Assembly: GCA_050692175.1 (NCBI GenBank)
Contig: JBOGTG010000103.1
Span: forward strand, 1,363 to 65,362
DNA: 64,000 nt
Direction of reading: 5' to 3'
DNA from: Candidatus Limnocylindria bacterium
GTDB taxonomy: Bacteria; Chloroflexota; Limnocylindria; P2-11E
How positions within the stretch are numbered: position 1 is the first letter of the stretch; every line of letters begins with the position of its first letter. This document shows positions 55,667-64,000 of this stretch, one piece after another. The notes beneath the pieces were generated by a model. That model saw only the letters and a program-made list of their open reading frames with translations, was not told the origin of the DNA and searched no databases. Made by a program: the position numbers and the translations under genes.

Positions 55667-56623
55667 TTGCACGCGCCGGGCCCCCGGAGTTCCGACGGGT
55701 CGGCACACGGTGCTAGCGTGTCTCGCGTCTCCAGCAGGACCGCTCGCCCCGACAACCTCACCCTTGCTGCGTTCGCCGGCGTGATCCTTCTCGGCGGCGC
55801 GAATTCCGTTGCGATCCGCTTCAGTAACGTCGAGCTGCCACCATTCTCGGGAGCGGCCGCACGCTTTGCGGCCGCGACGCTTCTGATGTTCGCGGCCATG
55901 CTCTTCCTTCGGTTGCCGCTTCCGAAGGGTCGCGCGCTCGTAGGCATCGTCGTCTTCGGGGTCCTCAACTTCGGCCTCAGCTACGCACTCATCTATTGGG
56001 GTCTCCTCGAGGTGCAAGCAGGTCTCGCACAGGTCGTGATTGCGATCGCGCCGCTCGCGACATTCTTCCTCGCTCTAGCCCACCGCCAAGAAAGTTGGCA
56101 ACTGCGCCCGCTTCTCGGCTCCCTCCTTGCGATCGCTGGGATCGCCGTGGTCTTCGGGGAGCAGATCAGTGCGGCCGTCCCGCTCTTGCCGCTGGTCGCG
56201 ATCGTGGCGACTGCGATCTGCGCCGCTGAAGCCACCGTCCTGGCCAAAGGCATTCCACCTGTCCACATCGTCACGCTGAATGCGGTCGCGATGGCGGTCG
56301 GCACGGTGTTTCTCGCTGGGCTGGCGCTGGTCGCAGGCGAACGCGTGACTGTTCCGACACGAGTCGAGACATGGCTCGCGTTCTGGTACCTCGTCTTGGT
56401 CGGTACGGTCGCCGTGTTCCTGCTCTTCCTGTTCGTCCTCCGGCGCTGGACCGCCTCAGGGACGTCCTACACGTTCGTTCTCACGCCGTTCGTCACCGTT
56501 GCGATCGGCGTCTGGCTGGCCCACGAGACCGTGACATGGACGTTCCTCGTCGGTGGCGCGCTCGTCTTACTAGGCGTGTACCTCGGCGCGTTGTCGGCCA
56601 CACCGAAGGGTGCGAAGGCGTAA
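55667..56623 (+). CDS. EamA/DMT-family transporter
   Basis: Ten hydrophobic segments in two EamA-like halves. An alternative start is GTG 55718. Confidence 0.8.
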   Translation: MHAPGPRSSDGSAHGASVSRVSSRTARPDNLTLAAFAGVILLGGANSVAIRFSNVELPPFSGAAARFAAATLLMFAAMLFLRLPLPKGRALVGIVVFGVLNFGLSYALIYWGLLEVQAGLAQVVIAIAPLATFFLALAHRQESWQLRPLLGSLLAIAGIAVVFGEQISAAVPLLPLVAIVATAICAAEATVLAKGIPPVHIVTLNAVAMAVGTVFLAGLALVAGERVTVPTRVETWLAFWYLVLVGTVAVFLLFLFVLRRWTASGTSYTFVLTPFVTVAIGVWLAHETVTWTFLVGGALVLLGVYLGALSATPKGAKA

Positions 56624-56641
56624 CCGCCCTCGACTGAAGCG

Positions 56642-57402
56642 TCAGCCGACGTGAACCGTGTCCCCGACGCGGACGACCCGGCCTGGGCGACGCGTGCCCA
56701 GACGCCAAACGGGAGCGGCTCGCTCGTCACCAACTCCCTGCGATATCTCGCGAGCGCAGCGAGCGTGTCGAGGTCTGACACGCCGGTCGCCGGGTCGAGC
56801 GTCGTCACGGCGCAGCGACCGATGTTCCCGCCCGGAACGACTACCGCCGAGCCGACGTGCACGTCACGGCCGATCCAGCTGTCCTCCACGTGCGCGTCGA
56901 TGCCCGCAATGCCGAAGAGCATGCGGAAGCGGCGAGGATCGACCGGGCCGGACACGCCGGCCGCCTTCGCGATCGCGCGGAGTGATCCCTCCGAGAGGAG
57001 CGACGCACCGGCGCCCTCGTCGGCGCGGGCGAAACCTTCGCCTGGGTTGTCGAAGCGGACCAGAAGCACCGGCCGCTCGGCGAGGGCGGACAGCGCCTCG
57101 GACCACGGGCCCTCGACGATGCGCGCCGGGACATTGCGGCCGTAGATCGAGACGGAGATCGCGCTGCCAAGATCCACCGCGCCATTCACCCTAGTGCCAT
57201 CGGGCATGTCGAGCGCGAGGCCTCGCATGGCGTCGTCAAAATGCGGACGGACCGCGACGAAGCGTTGCACGCGCTTCGCGTTCAGCATTCGGCCGTCGGG
57301 ATCCACGATGCAGAAGCGACGATCGTTCTCGACGCCCTGACGACCGAGTGGAACCTGCTCGAGCTCCTGGATCGCGAGCGCCTCGGAGCGACGTGGATCC
57401 AC
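56642..57402 (-). CDS. MOSC-domain protein with an apparent 1-nt frameshift near the 3' end
   Basis: MOSC core (..GNIGRCAVTTLDPATG..PFGVWARV..). The natural C-terminus VVRVGDTVHVG* is in the adjacent frame after the run at about 56677-56682 and ends at TGA 56644-56642. Confidence 0.7.
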
Positions 57403-57526
57403 GCGACGTGCGGGCTCATGACTACGAGTCTTCCACAGGTAACGAATCGATAAAGCGCTCCGCAGGCCACCGGGTGGTCAGCCGTGGAAGCGCCTCGTGC
57501 TTCAACTTTGGTAAACCATCCGCTCG

Positions 57527-58108
57527 ATGCCGGAATTCGGCTCGCTCGCAGAGGCGAAGTTCGCGCTTGGTGTCGGACTCGGTGTAGCGCTCATCGTGCT
57601 CGCTCGATGGGCCTCGCGAACTCGCGGCACGAAACTGGACTCGTGGGTCGCGCTGCGAATGGGCGATGTCCTTTTCACTGAAGTCGCCGGCGCATTTCTG
57701 CTCGGCTATGGATTGGGCGGCCTCGTTTCGCAACCGGACTCCGGCGGCACGATCGGCCCACCCGGCCGGATGATCGGTGGCCGCTTCGGCGGGTTTGGCC
57801 CGGGGCTGCCCTATTCGCTCGCGATCGTTGGCGCGGCGGTCGCCATACTCACGCGCCTCGATCTAAGCGGCCTCCTCCTTCGCGGTTCCTCTCCCGGCAA
57901 CGGGCTCTCCACATATGTCGGCTGGGACGCGCGCGTCATCGCGCCGATCTCGGCCGGCGGATACGGCCAGATCGCGATGCGTGACGCGATGGGTTACCCG
58001 TTGTCAGCCGTCGCGACCGCGGAGACGGACATCGCCCAGGGGACACCGGTGAAGGTCATCGGCACGAAGGGCCGCAACCTTCTGGTCGCTCCCGTCTCGT
58101 CGGGCTAG
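57527..58108 (+). CDS. NfeD-like membrane protein (C-terminal OB-fold)
   Basis: TM segments are followed by ..GWDARVIAPISAGGYGQIAMRD..AVATAETDIAQGTPVKVIGTKGRNLLVAPV. Confidence 0.55.
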   Translation: MPEFGSLAEAKFALGVGLGVALIVLARWASRTRGTKLDSWVALRMGDVLFTEVAGAFLLGYGLGGLVSQPDSGGTIGPPGRMIGGRFGGFGPGLPYSLAIVGAAVAILTRLDLSGLLLRGSSPGNGLSTYVGWDARVIAPISAGGYGQIAMRDAMGYPLSAVATAETDIAQGTPVKVIGTKGRNLLVAPVSSG

Positions 58109-59226
58109 GCCGCTGCGACCTCGAGTCGCAGCTCACGCCCGAGGATCGTGGAGAGTCGCTTGACCTCACCATGCAAGGCCGTTCGCGGCACCGCACCGGC
58201 TTCCTTAAACCACGCGACCTGAACCCGCTCGCCGGAGAGCTGCCAAGTCCCGCGGACGACGCCGCCGCCGAGGACGACCGGCGCGATCCAACCGGCCTGT
58301 TTGCTGACCGCGGCTCGCCGCCGCGCGGGCACGACGTGACCGTCGCCCGTGCCTGGCCCCATCACGAACTGGTCGAAGCCAGGCAGGAGACGGATCGCCT
58401 TGGTCGGCTTTGTCGATCTCAGCTCATCGAGATCCTCCGCGAGGACGTACGCGCGCTCGCCGCCTACATCGACCGCGGCCAGCCGCGGGCCGAGCGCCTC
58501 GAACCAGGCCCGAAGGCGCCACTTCCCTATCCGCGCTTGGCCGATCCACGTCCCGAACGCATCGGCGTTCGCCGGTCCGTAAGCGCGCAGGTAGGCCGCG
58601 ATCGCAGCGGGCGCGGCCTCCTCGGGGTCGGGCACGCCTGCCCATCGTGAGCTGGCCGAGCGCGGGGTCGTGAATGTGACGCGGTTTCCTTGGCTCGGCC
58701 CGAAGCAGAGGTCGCCCTGCCACGCATAGGGCTTGAGGAGCGTGCCCCACCCCGAGCGGAGCGCGTCCCCAAGGTGACCGAAGCCTCGTCGCGCGGTCAC
58801 CGCGTCGATCAACTCGCCGCGCGTGAGGGCCTTTCCGTGAAGAGTGTCTCGGACGACCTCGCGAAGCGCGTCCAGCTGTTTCGGGGTGACGCCGAAGTAC
58901 TTTTGCCAGCTGGGCAGCTCCCATGATCGGCCGGCGGCGATCAGCGAAAGAAACGTGCCGGCGTCCTCGGGGGCGAGCAGGTGGAGCGTGCCGCGCATCG
59001 CCCACGTCTTGATGAGTCTGCCCTCGCGGAGCGCCCGCGCCACCTCGCCGGCCTTCGAGGTCTGGCGCCGGACGCGCACACAGAGCTCGGCATACGACGC
59101 AACCTGCGACTGCACGCCGCACAGACGGCGGACGACCTCCGCCACCGACTTGTCTCCCACGGGATCGAGGTAGTGCCGGCGCATGCGCCAGGCGAGGGCC
59201 TGCGGCCAGGTCACTTTCGCCGTCAC
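58105..59226 (-). CDS. Winged-helix HTH_42 superfamily protein (YcaQ/AlkZ-like DNA glycosylase family)
   Basis: W..ALAWRMRRHYL.., RRLCGVQSQ (Q-x-Q at the catalytic-motif position), ..LIKTWAMRGTLHL.. The start is set at GTG 59226. Confidence 0.78.
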   Translation of the reverse strand: MTAKVTWPQALAWRMRRHYLDPVGDKSVAEVVRRLCGVQSQVASYAELCVRVRRQTSKAGEVARALREGRLIKTWAMRGTLHLLAPEDAGTFLSLIAAGRSWELPSWQKYFGVTPKQLDALREVVRDTLHGKALTRGELIDAVTARRGFGHLGDALRSGWGTLLKPYAWQGDLCFGPSQGNRVTFTTPRSASSRWAGVPDPEEAAPAAIAAYLRAYGPANADAFGTWIGQARIGKWRLRAWFEALGPRLAAVDVGGERAYVLAEDLDELRSTKPTKAIRLLPGFDQFVMGPGTGDGHVVPARRRAAVSKQAGWIAPVVLGGGVVRGTWQLSGERVQVAWFKEAGAVPRTALHGEVKRLSTILGRELRLEVAAA

Positions 59227-59295
59227 CGCCGGAGGGTAGCGCGAGCGTTGCCCTCGACTGCGCGCCGGTAACGTACGGCGAGTGGGCGCTAGACG

Positions 59296-60054
59296 GTGAC
59301 CGGACGACGGCAGTCGCGCAGTGCGACCGTCGACCGTCTGCTGAACTACCTCCTGGAGGGCGCTCCACGCGATGCGGTCGACGAGGTCGCGGGCGACCTG
59401 GCCGAAAGGCTCAGCGCCTCGGCCCGCTTCGTCTCGTTCGCCGACGCGCACCGTGACAAGATCCGCAAGAAGCTACGCGGCGCCGCAGAGAGCGAGGGCC
59501 GCAGCGACGTCAGAGCCGAGCTCGAAGTGGCGTTCTCGCTGCTAGCCGACCGCCGCATCGAGCTCGCGTTCGAGGCCTACGGGGCCGGCCAGCGCGGGCC
59601 GGACTTCACGGTCACGTTCCGGGCCGTCCACCGCTTCAACTTGGAGGTGACGCGTCCGCGGCTGGACGAGAGCGACCGGCCGGGCCGCGAGCGCGCCAAC
59701 GGGATCGCGAGCGCCCTCCTCGGCAAGCTGCGCCAGCTGCCCGCCGACGCGCCGAACGCGGTCCTGGTCGCGGTCGATGGTCGACCGCCGATCCAGGACG
59801 AGGTCGCCGCGGCGATAGGATCGTTCAGGCAGCGGGCCAATCGTCGCGACGACATCTTCTTCTCCGGTCGCGGCTTCGCGAACGCCCGCCACTTCCACCT
59901 CCAGTACCTACGCCTCGGTGCCCTGTTCGTGGCCAGCCGGCGCGGCGCCGGCGCGTGGGCATGGTCGAACGCGGAGGCGCGCCGTCAGCTCCCCGACGGA
60001 GCCCTGGCCGCATGCCTCGGGTGCCTCGTTCGGCCGGCGGTCACGCCGAAGTAG
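59296..60054 (+). CDS. Hypothetical protein
   Basis: 252 aa with good GC3. There is a weak PD-(D/E)xK-like pattern (GPDFTVTF...NLEVTR). No confident family assignment. Confidence 0.45.
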   Translation: MTGRRQSRSATVDRLLNYLLEGAPRDAVDEVAGDLAERLSASARFVSFADAHRDKIRKKLRGAAESEGRSDVRAELEVAFSLLADRRIELAFEAYGAGQRGPDFTVTFRAVHRFNLEVTRPRLDESDRPGRERANGIASALLGKLRQLPADAPNAVLVAVDGRPPIQDEVAAAIGSFRQRANRRDDIFFSGRGFANARHFHLQYLRLGALFVASRRGAGAWAWSNAEARRQLPDGALAACLGCLVRPAVTPK

Positions 60055-60097
60055 CCGGCGAACGAAACCCGGGTCAGCCACCGATACGATTTCGCCC

Positions 60098-61144
60098 GTG
60101 AACGCGAAGGCAGCGGAGTCACTGCTCGCTTTCGCAGAGCAGACGGTACCGGGCCAGCGCGGCCTGGACGGCAAGGCGATATCCGGCGAGCTCGATCGGC
60201 GATACCGCGATCTGCTCGACGCACTGCAATGGTTCATCGACGAAAGACGAACCGACGACGCGCTTCGCCTCGCGAGCTCGCTCGCTCCGTTTTGGATGAC
60301 GACGAAGCGGCTGGACGAGGGTTCGCACTGGTCCGATCGTGCGCTCGGGTCGCCAGGTGGCACGGAGGTGAACCGCGGAGAGACCTTGTTCCAAGCGGGC
60401 CTTCTTGCGTTCTGGCAAGGCGACGATGACCGCGCGTCCGCACTACACGACCAGGCCCTCGCGATCGGCCGCCGCCTCGGCGACCCCTCGTTGATGGCGA
60501 AAGCCTTGACGGGTCTCGCGCGGATCTCGCTACGGAGGACGGGCGTCGACGACGCGCGGAGACTCTGCCGCGAGGCGCTCGCGATCACCGAAGGCACGGC
60601 TGATCGAGCGGGGCGTTCGAATGCGCTCCACGTGCTGGGCGTCACCGCCCAGATGGCGGGAGAGTTCCTCGAAGCCAGAACGCTGATGAGCGAGCGCATC
60701 GCGCTCGCGCGAGAGACGGGAAACTACGCCACGATCGGCATGGAGGCCAGCAACCTCGCGATGGTCGAGCGTCAGCTCGGGAACCTCGACCAGGCTGAGG
60801 CCCTATCGCGCGAAGCGCTCGACATCAGTTATCGACGTGGAGACGCATGGATGACACCACTCGTGGTCAGCGGCCTCGCGGCCGTTGCCGCGCTACGAAG
60901 CCAGCTCGACCGCGCAGCGACCCTGATCGGAGCGGCCGAGGCGATGATGGAAGCTCAAGGTTTCGCCTGGCCACCCGACGAACGCCCGCACTACGAGAGG
61001 ACGGTGGCCATCCTCACCGACGCGGTCGAGTCCGATGAGCTCGAGCGGGTACGCGCCGCCGGGCGCGCTATGACGCCCCGCGCGGCTGTCGACTTCGCGC
61101 TTCGATCTCGCTCGACAGAAGCGCGTCGGGAGGGCCGCCGATGA
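60098..61144 (+). CDS. Tetratricopeptide-repeat protein (stand-alone, resembles C-terminal TPR arrays of SARP/LuxR-type regulators)
   Basis: Repeated A..L..LG..y...G.......A pattern. The start is set at GTG 60098, because the upstream part of the track ORF overlaps the previous gene. Confidence 0.62.
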   Translation: MNAKAAESLLAFAEQTVPGQRGLDGKAISGELDRRYRDLLDALQWFIDERRTDDALRLASSLAPFWMTTKRLDEGSHWSDRALGSPGGTEVNRGETLFQAGLLAFWQGDDDRASALHDQALAIGRRLGDPSLMAKALTGLARISLRRTGVDDARRLCREALAITEGTADRAGRSNALHVLGVTAQMAGEFLEARTLMSERIALARETGNYATIGMEASNLAMVERQLGNLDQAEALSREALDISYRRGDAWMTPLVVSGLAAVAALRSQLDRAATLIGAAEAMMEAQGFAWPPDERPHYERTVAILTDAVESDELERVRAAGRAMTPRAAVDFALRSRSTEARREGRR

Positions 61145-61500
61145 TCGGAGGCGTGACGATCGGCTCGATCGTCATCCTTTGTTATGAGTTCGATCGGATG
61201 CTGGCGTTCTGGCAGGAAGCCCTCCACTACATACAGACAAGACCTGTCGAGGGCGGCTTCGTGATTCTGCGGGACCCGGACGGGCGCGGACCAAATGTGT
61301 CTTTGGACCAAACTTCAACAAGGCGCTCGGGCAAGAGGAGCCGACTGCATCTAGACCTCTACACAACCGACCAGCAGGGCGAAGTGGAAAGGCTCGTGAA
61401 GATCGGGGCGACTCGTTATCCGTGGCGGTACAAACCGGATGATGACTTTGTCGTTCTGGAGGATCCGGATGGCAACCTCTTCTGTGTGGTCCAAGTGTGA
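61141..61500 (+). CDS. VOC (glyoxalase/bleomycin-resistance-fold) family protein
   Basis: 119 aa. ..ILRDPDG..LHLDLY..VVLEDPDGNLFCVV. ATGA overlap with the upstream gene. Confidence 0.8.
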   Translation: MIGGVTIGSIVILCYEFDRMLAFWQEALHYIQTRPVEGGFVILRDPDGRGPNVSLDQTSTRRSGKRSRLHLDLYTTDQQGEVERLVKIGATRYPWRYKPDDDFVVLEDPDGNLFCVVQV

Positions 61501-62255
61501 GCTTCGCGGTCAGCGCTGATGCGTACGACCGCTTCATGGGCAGGTATTCGGCTCGGCTCGCCCCCCAACTGGCGGACTTTGCCAGCGTACGTTCGGGGCA
61601 AAGGGTGATTGATGTCGGTTGCGGCCCCGGTGCGCTCACAGGCGAGCTCGTCGATCGCCTCGGCGCTACCAATGTGTTCGCGGTCGATCCATCGGAGCCC
61701 TTCGTCGCGGCGGCTCGCGAGCGCTTCCCTACGGTCGACGTACGGCTCGCGGCTGCGGAGCGGCTGCCGTTCCCGGACAATGCGTTCGACGCGGCGCTGG
61801 CGCAGCTGGTCGTCCACTTCATGTCGGACCCGGTCGCGGGGCTGCGCGAGATGGCGCGCGTCGTGCGAAGCAACGGTGTTATCGCGGCCTGCGTGTGGGA
61901 TCACGCCGGCGGGAGTGGGCCGCTGAGTGTCTTCTGGCGGGCCGCGCGCGAGCTCGATCCCGATGTGAAGGACGAGTCGGACCTAGCGGGCGCGAGGGCG
62001 GGGCACCTCGCCGAGCTGTTCGCGAATGCGGGCCTTCGCGGCGTCGAAGCGACGGCACTTGTAGCAACGGTGCCTCACGCGCGTTTCGAGGATTGGTGGG
62101 GGCCCTTCACTCTCGGCGTTGGTCCCGCTGGCGCCTATACCGTGGGACTCGAGGCCAATCGCCGAGCCGAGCTCAGGGAGCGCTGCCGGGAGCTGCTGCC
62201 CAAGGCGCCTTTCGACGTGGCGGCGCGGGCATGGACAGCGCGCGGTCTCGCGTAG
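61497..62255 (+). CDS. Class I SAM-dependent methyltransferase
   Basis: VIDVGCGPGALT motif I, ..FDAALAQLVVHF.., 252 aa. GTGA overlap with the VOC gene. Confidence 0.88.
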   Translation: MSFAVSADAYDRFMGRYSARLAPQLADFASVRSGQRVIDVGCGPGALTGELVDRLGATNVFAVDPSEPFVAAARERFPTVDVRLAAAERLPFPDNAFDAALAQLVVHFMSDPVAGLREMARVVRSNGVIAACVWDHAGGSGPLSVFWRAARELDPDVKDESDLAGARAGHLAELFANAGLRGVEATALVATVPHARFEDWWGPFTLGVGPAGAYTVGLEANRRAELRERCRELLPKAPFDVAARAWTARGLA

Positions 62256-62404
62256 CGGCGCCGCAATAGGGGAGCCCGACGAAGCGATCCGAGCCTGACC
62301 GATGATGTGCTCACGCGGCGGCATCGACCTTGCGCCAGGCCGGGGGTGACCGATTCTGGTTGGAGACCCCCTCCGACCCGACAGCGAGGGTAGCCTGCTC
62401 GGAC

Positions 62405-62872
62405 ATGGCGAAGACGAAGCCTTTCGTAAAGGTCGACCGCGCTGTTGCGTGGGTACTCGCCGCACTTCTGGCACTCATGGCGCTGCCGCTTCTCATCGGA
62501 CCGCTCTTGCCCGAGCCGGAGGGCGCGAGTCGCGACGGGTTCGGTCCTGTTGCTCTCTTCTGGGGTATTGCGTTCGCCTACGGCGCGGCTGCGGTGCTGC
62601 AGAACGAACACCGTTTCTCCAAACAGTGGCGCCCCGGATGGACTCAGGGTTTCGTCATTACATGGCTTGGTGGCTGGACCCTTGGCACTGCAATCACGCT
62701 TAGCCGACTGTTCATGCTCGGTGGCCCTGCAGCAGTCCGGGAGTTCATCGGCGGAGCGTTGACTCTCTGGGGGCTGTTCGTCGTTGCACCTCTCGTCGGA
62801 GGGTGGATGCTCGCGAGACGTCGTGCGCCCTACGGTGGCTGGCGACGGAGCCGTGGCGACCGCCGAGCGTGA
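62405..62872 (+). CDS. Hypothetical membrane protein (4 TM)
   Basis: The start is set at ATG 62405 (MAKTKPFVKVDR..). Hydrophobic segments are present. Confidence 0.5.
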   Translation: MAKTKPFVKVDRAVAWVLAALLALMALPLLIGPLLPEPEGASRDGFGPVALFWGIAFAYGAAAVLQNEHRFSKQWRPGWTQGFVITWLGGWTLGTAITLSRLFMLGGPAAVREFIGGALTLWGLFVVAPLVGGWMLARRRAPYGGWRRSRGDRRA

Positions 62873-63195
62873 GCCCGGTGGGAACCCTGCGAAGACTGGC
62901 GTCCCTGCTTCGTCGCGGCGATCCGCAGGCCGGTCACGTCTTCTACGAAGCCCGTCACGCCGGCGTCGAGCCGACCCATGCGCTTCGCCGTGTCGTAGTC
63001 GAGTGAGAACGGGCCGACGGCCACGTTGCGGTGCTCCTCTGGGCGAGCGTTCTCGGCGTCCTCGTTCCCAGCAGGTTGGGCGAAACACGAAGGGTGTCCA
63101 ACACACGTGGGAGCACGGACACACCCTGATCCGCGCGGGCTGGGTCGCTTATGCGATGGGCAGAAGGTGATCTAAAGGATCACTAGTATCCCGGC

Positions 63196-64000
63196 GTGTC
63201 CCAGGCCGTGGTCGTTCTCGCATATTCGACCGCCGCCTTAGCACTGGCAGCACAGTGGACCGCAGCGAAGATCGCCTTGGGCGCGGTTCCCCCATTCGAG
63301 CTCTCAACGATGCGGTTCGCGATTGCGTCGGCGTTTCTCGTCGTGGTCGCTTTGATCACCCGGACTCCGTTGCCTGTTCGCCGCTGGCGGCCGGTGACAG
63401 CCGCAGCAGCGTTCGGCTTCCTCGGCTTCAACGGCTTGGCGTTTCTTGGGCTTCAATACACGCCCGCGTCGGACAGCGCGCTGATCGTGCCAACGACGAT
63501 CCCCGTCGCGACGGCGCTGTTCGCGACGCTCATCCGCGAGCAGCTGACGTCACAAAAGCTGCTCGGGTTCGCAGTCGCAAGTCTTGGCGCCGCAATCGTG
63601 ATCGCGGGCGGCCAGCAGATCGGCGGGGAGGTCTCGACCACCCGGCTTCTCGGCGATCTCCTCGAGCTCGGTAGCGCCATCTGCTGGGCGGCGTGCCTCA
63701 CCATCAGCGCACTCGTAGTTCGGACGGAGAGCGTCCTGGGATTCGTCACGATGTCGTCGCTACTGGGGACAGCGATGCTGTTTCCGCTCGGGTTCCTCGA
63801 GCGAGGCTACCGTGACGTCCCAACCTGGAGCGGTCAATCGTGGCTGGCGGTGGGGATCCTCGGCGTCGTCTCGACTTTCGTTGCGTTCCTGATCTTCTTC
63901 TGGGCGGTGCGCAACTTCGGCCCGTCGCGCGGGGCACTGATCAGCTACTTCGCGCCAGTTGCCGCTCTGGTCATCGCCTTCGTCGTCCTCGGAGAGCGGC
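63196..64000 (+). CDS. EamA/DMT-family transporter, 5' part only; continues off the right edge
   Basis: Not in the ORF track because there is no stop in the window. From GTG 63196 it reads VSQAVVVLAYSTAALALAAQWTAAKIALGAVPPFELSTMRFAIA...LQYTPASDSALIV...FFWAVRNFGPSRGALISYFAPV... and stays open to position 64000. Confidence 0.75.
   Translation, partial: MSQAVVVLAYSTAALALAAQWTAAKIALGAVPPFELSTMRFAIASAFLVVVALITRTPLPVRRWRPVTAAAAFGFLGFNGLAFLGLQYTPASDSALIVPTTIPVATALFATLIREQLTSQKLLGFAVASLGAAIVIAGGQQIGGEVSTTRLLGDLLELGSAICWAACLTISALVVRTESVLGFVTMSSLLGTAMLFPLGFLERGYRDVPTWSGQSWLAVGILGVVSTFVAFLIFFWAVRNFGPSRGALISYFAPVAALVIAFVVLGER

Noticed and set aside
57282-57470. Alternative N-terminus (MSPHVAWIHV..) for the MOSC gene, implying a frameshift
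   Set aside because: The two frames read the same nucleotides (GTGGATCCACGTCGC), so they cannot be spliced into one protein. GTG 57402 is an adequate start.
62873-63060. Minus-strand stretch with strong GC3 (..NVAVGPFSLDYDTAKRMGRLDAGVTGFVEDVTGLRIAATKQG..) resembling the C-terminal end of a glycerophosphodiester-phosphodiesterase-like protein
   Set aside because: There is no credible start codon, and the upstream in-frame sequence is not protein-like. The similarity rests on a short recalled pattern only. It is probably a gene remnant, too weak to call as a feature.

Overview
This is a 64 kb, gene-dense, high-GC (roughly two-thirds G+C by eye) bacterial chromosomal window. The style is Actinomycetota-like: many GTG starts and 1-4 nt start/stop overlaps. 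Taxonomy cannot be settled from the sequence alone. I saw no rRNA, tRNA, CRISPR array, transposase or integrase. Many long ORFs in the track are antisense or out-of-frame shadows of real genes, which is typical at this GC content.

Recognisable housekeeping genes:
- cold-shock protein, aceE, ettA, pepN-type M1 aminopeptidase, moaA
- acyl-CoA dehydrogenase, HtrA-like protease, DEAD-box helicase
- Amidase_3, DOPA-dioxygenase-like, SDR epimerase

Accessory content is dominated by signalling:
- three HD-GYP proteins (one degenerate) and one PAS-GGDEF-EAL protein
- an alpha/beta-hydrolase-adenylate cyclase fusion
- three histidine kinases and five receiver-domain proteins (three stand-alone response regulators; two receivers fused in a REC-REC kinase)

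Observations most worth a second look:
1. A Tat-signal PCYCGC-domain gene in a CopA-less copper/redox cluster has an in-frame TGA where the family, as I recall it, has the first Cys of a CxxC pair. A SECIS-like hairpin follows, then 45 more well-coded codons that end 12 nt before the next gene's SD-GTG. This is a candidate selenoprotein.
2. A tightly coupled seven-gene minus-strand operon runs PstS-like binding protein, dCache/GAF kinase, REC-REC kinase, TLC/HEAT-like transporter, VTC (polyphosphate-polymerase-like) protein, REC-degenerate HD-GYP, NarL regulator.
3. Two paralogous small C-X4-C-X24-H-X4-H proteins bracket a module holding a tandem dynamin-like GTPase pair and an FG-GAP/DUF3048 lipoprotein.
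4. An orphan canonical intrinsic terminator sits just upstream of the helicase RBS.

Several genes show single-nucleotide frameshifts in homopolymer runs, which may be assembly errors or decay. Two real CDSs run off the window edges and are missing from the ORF track.
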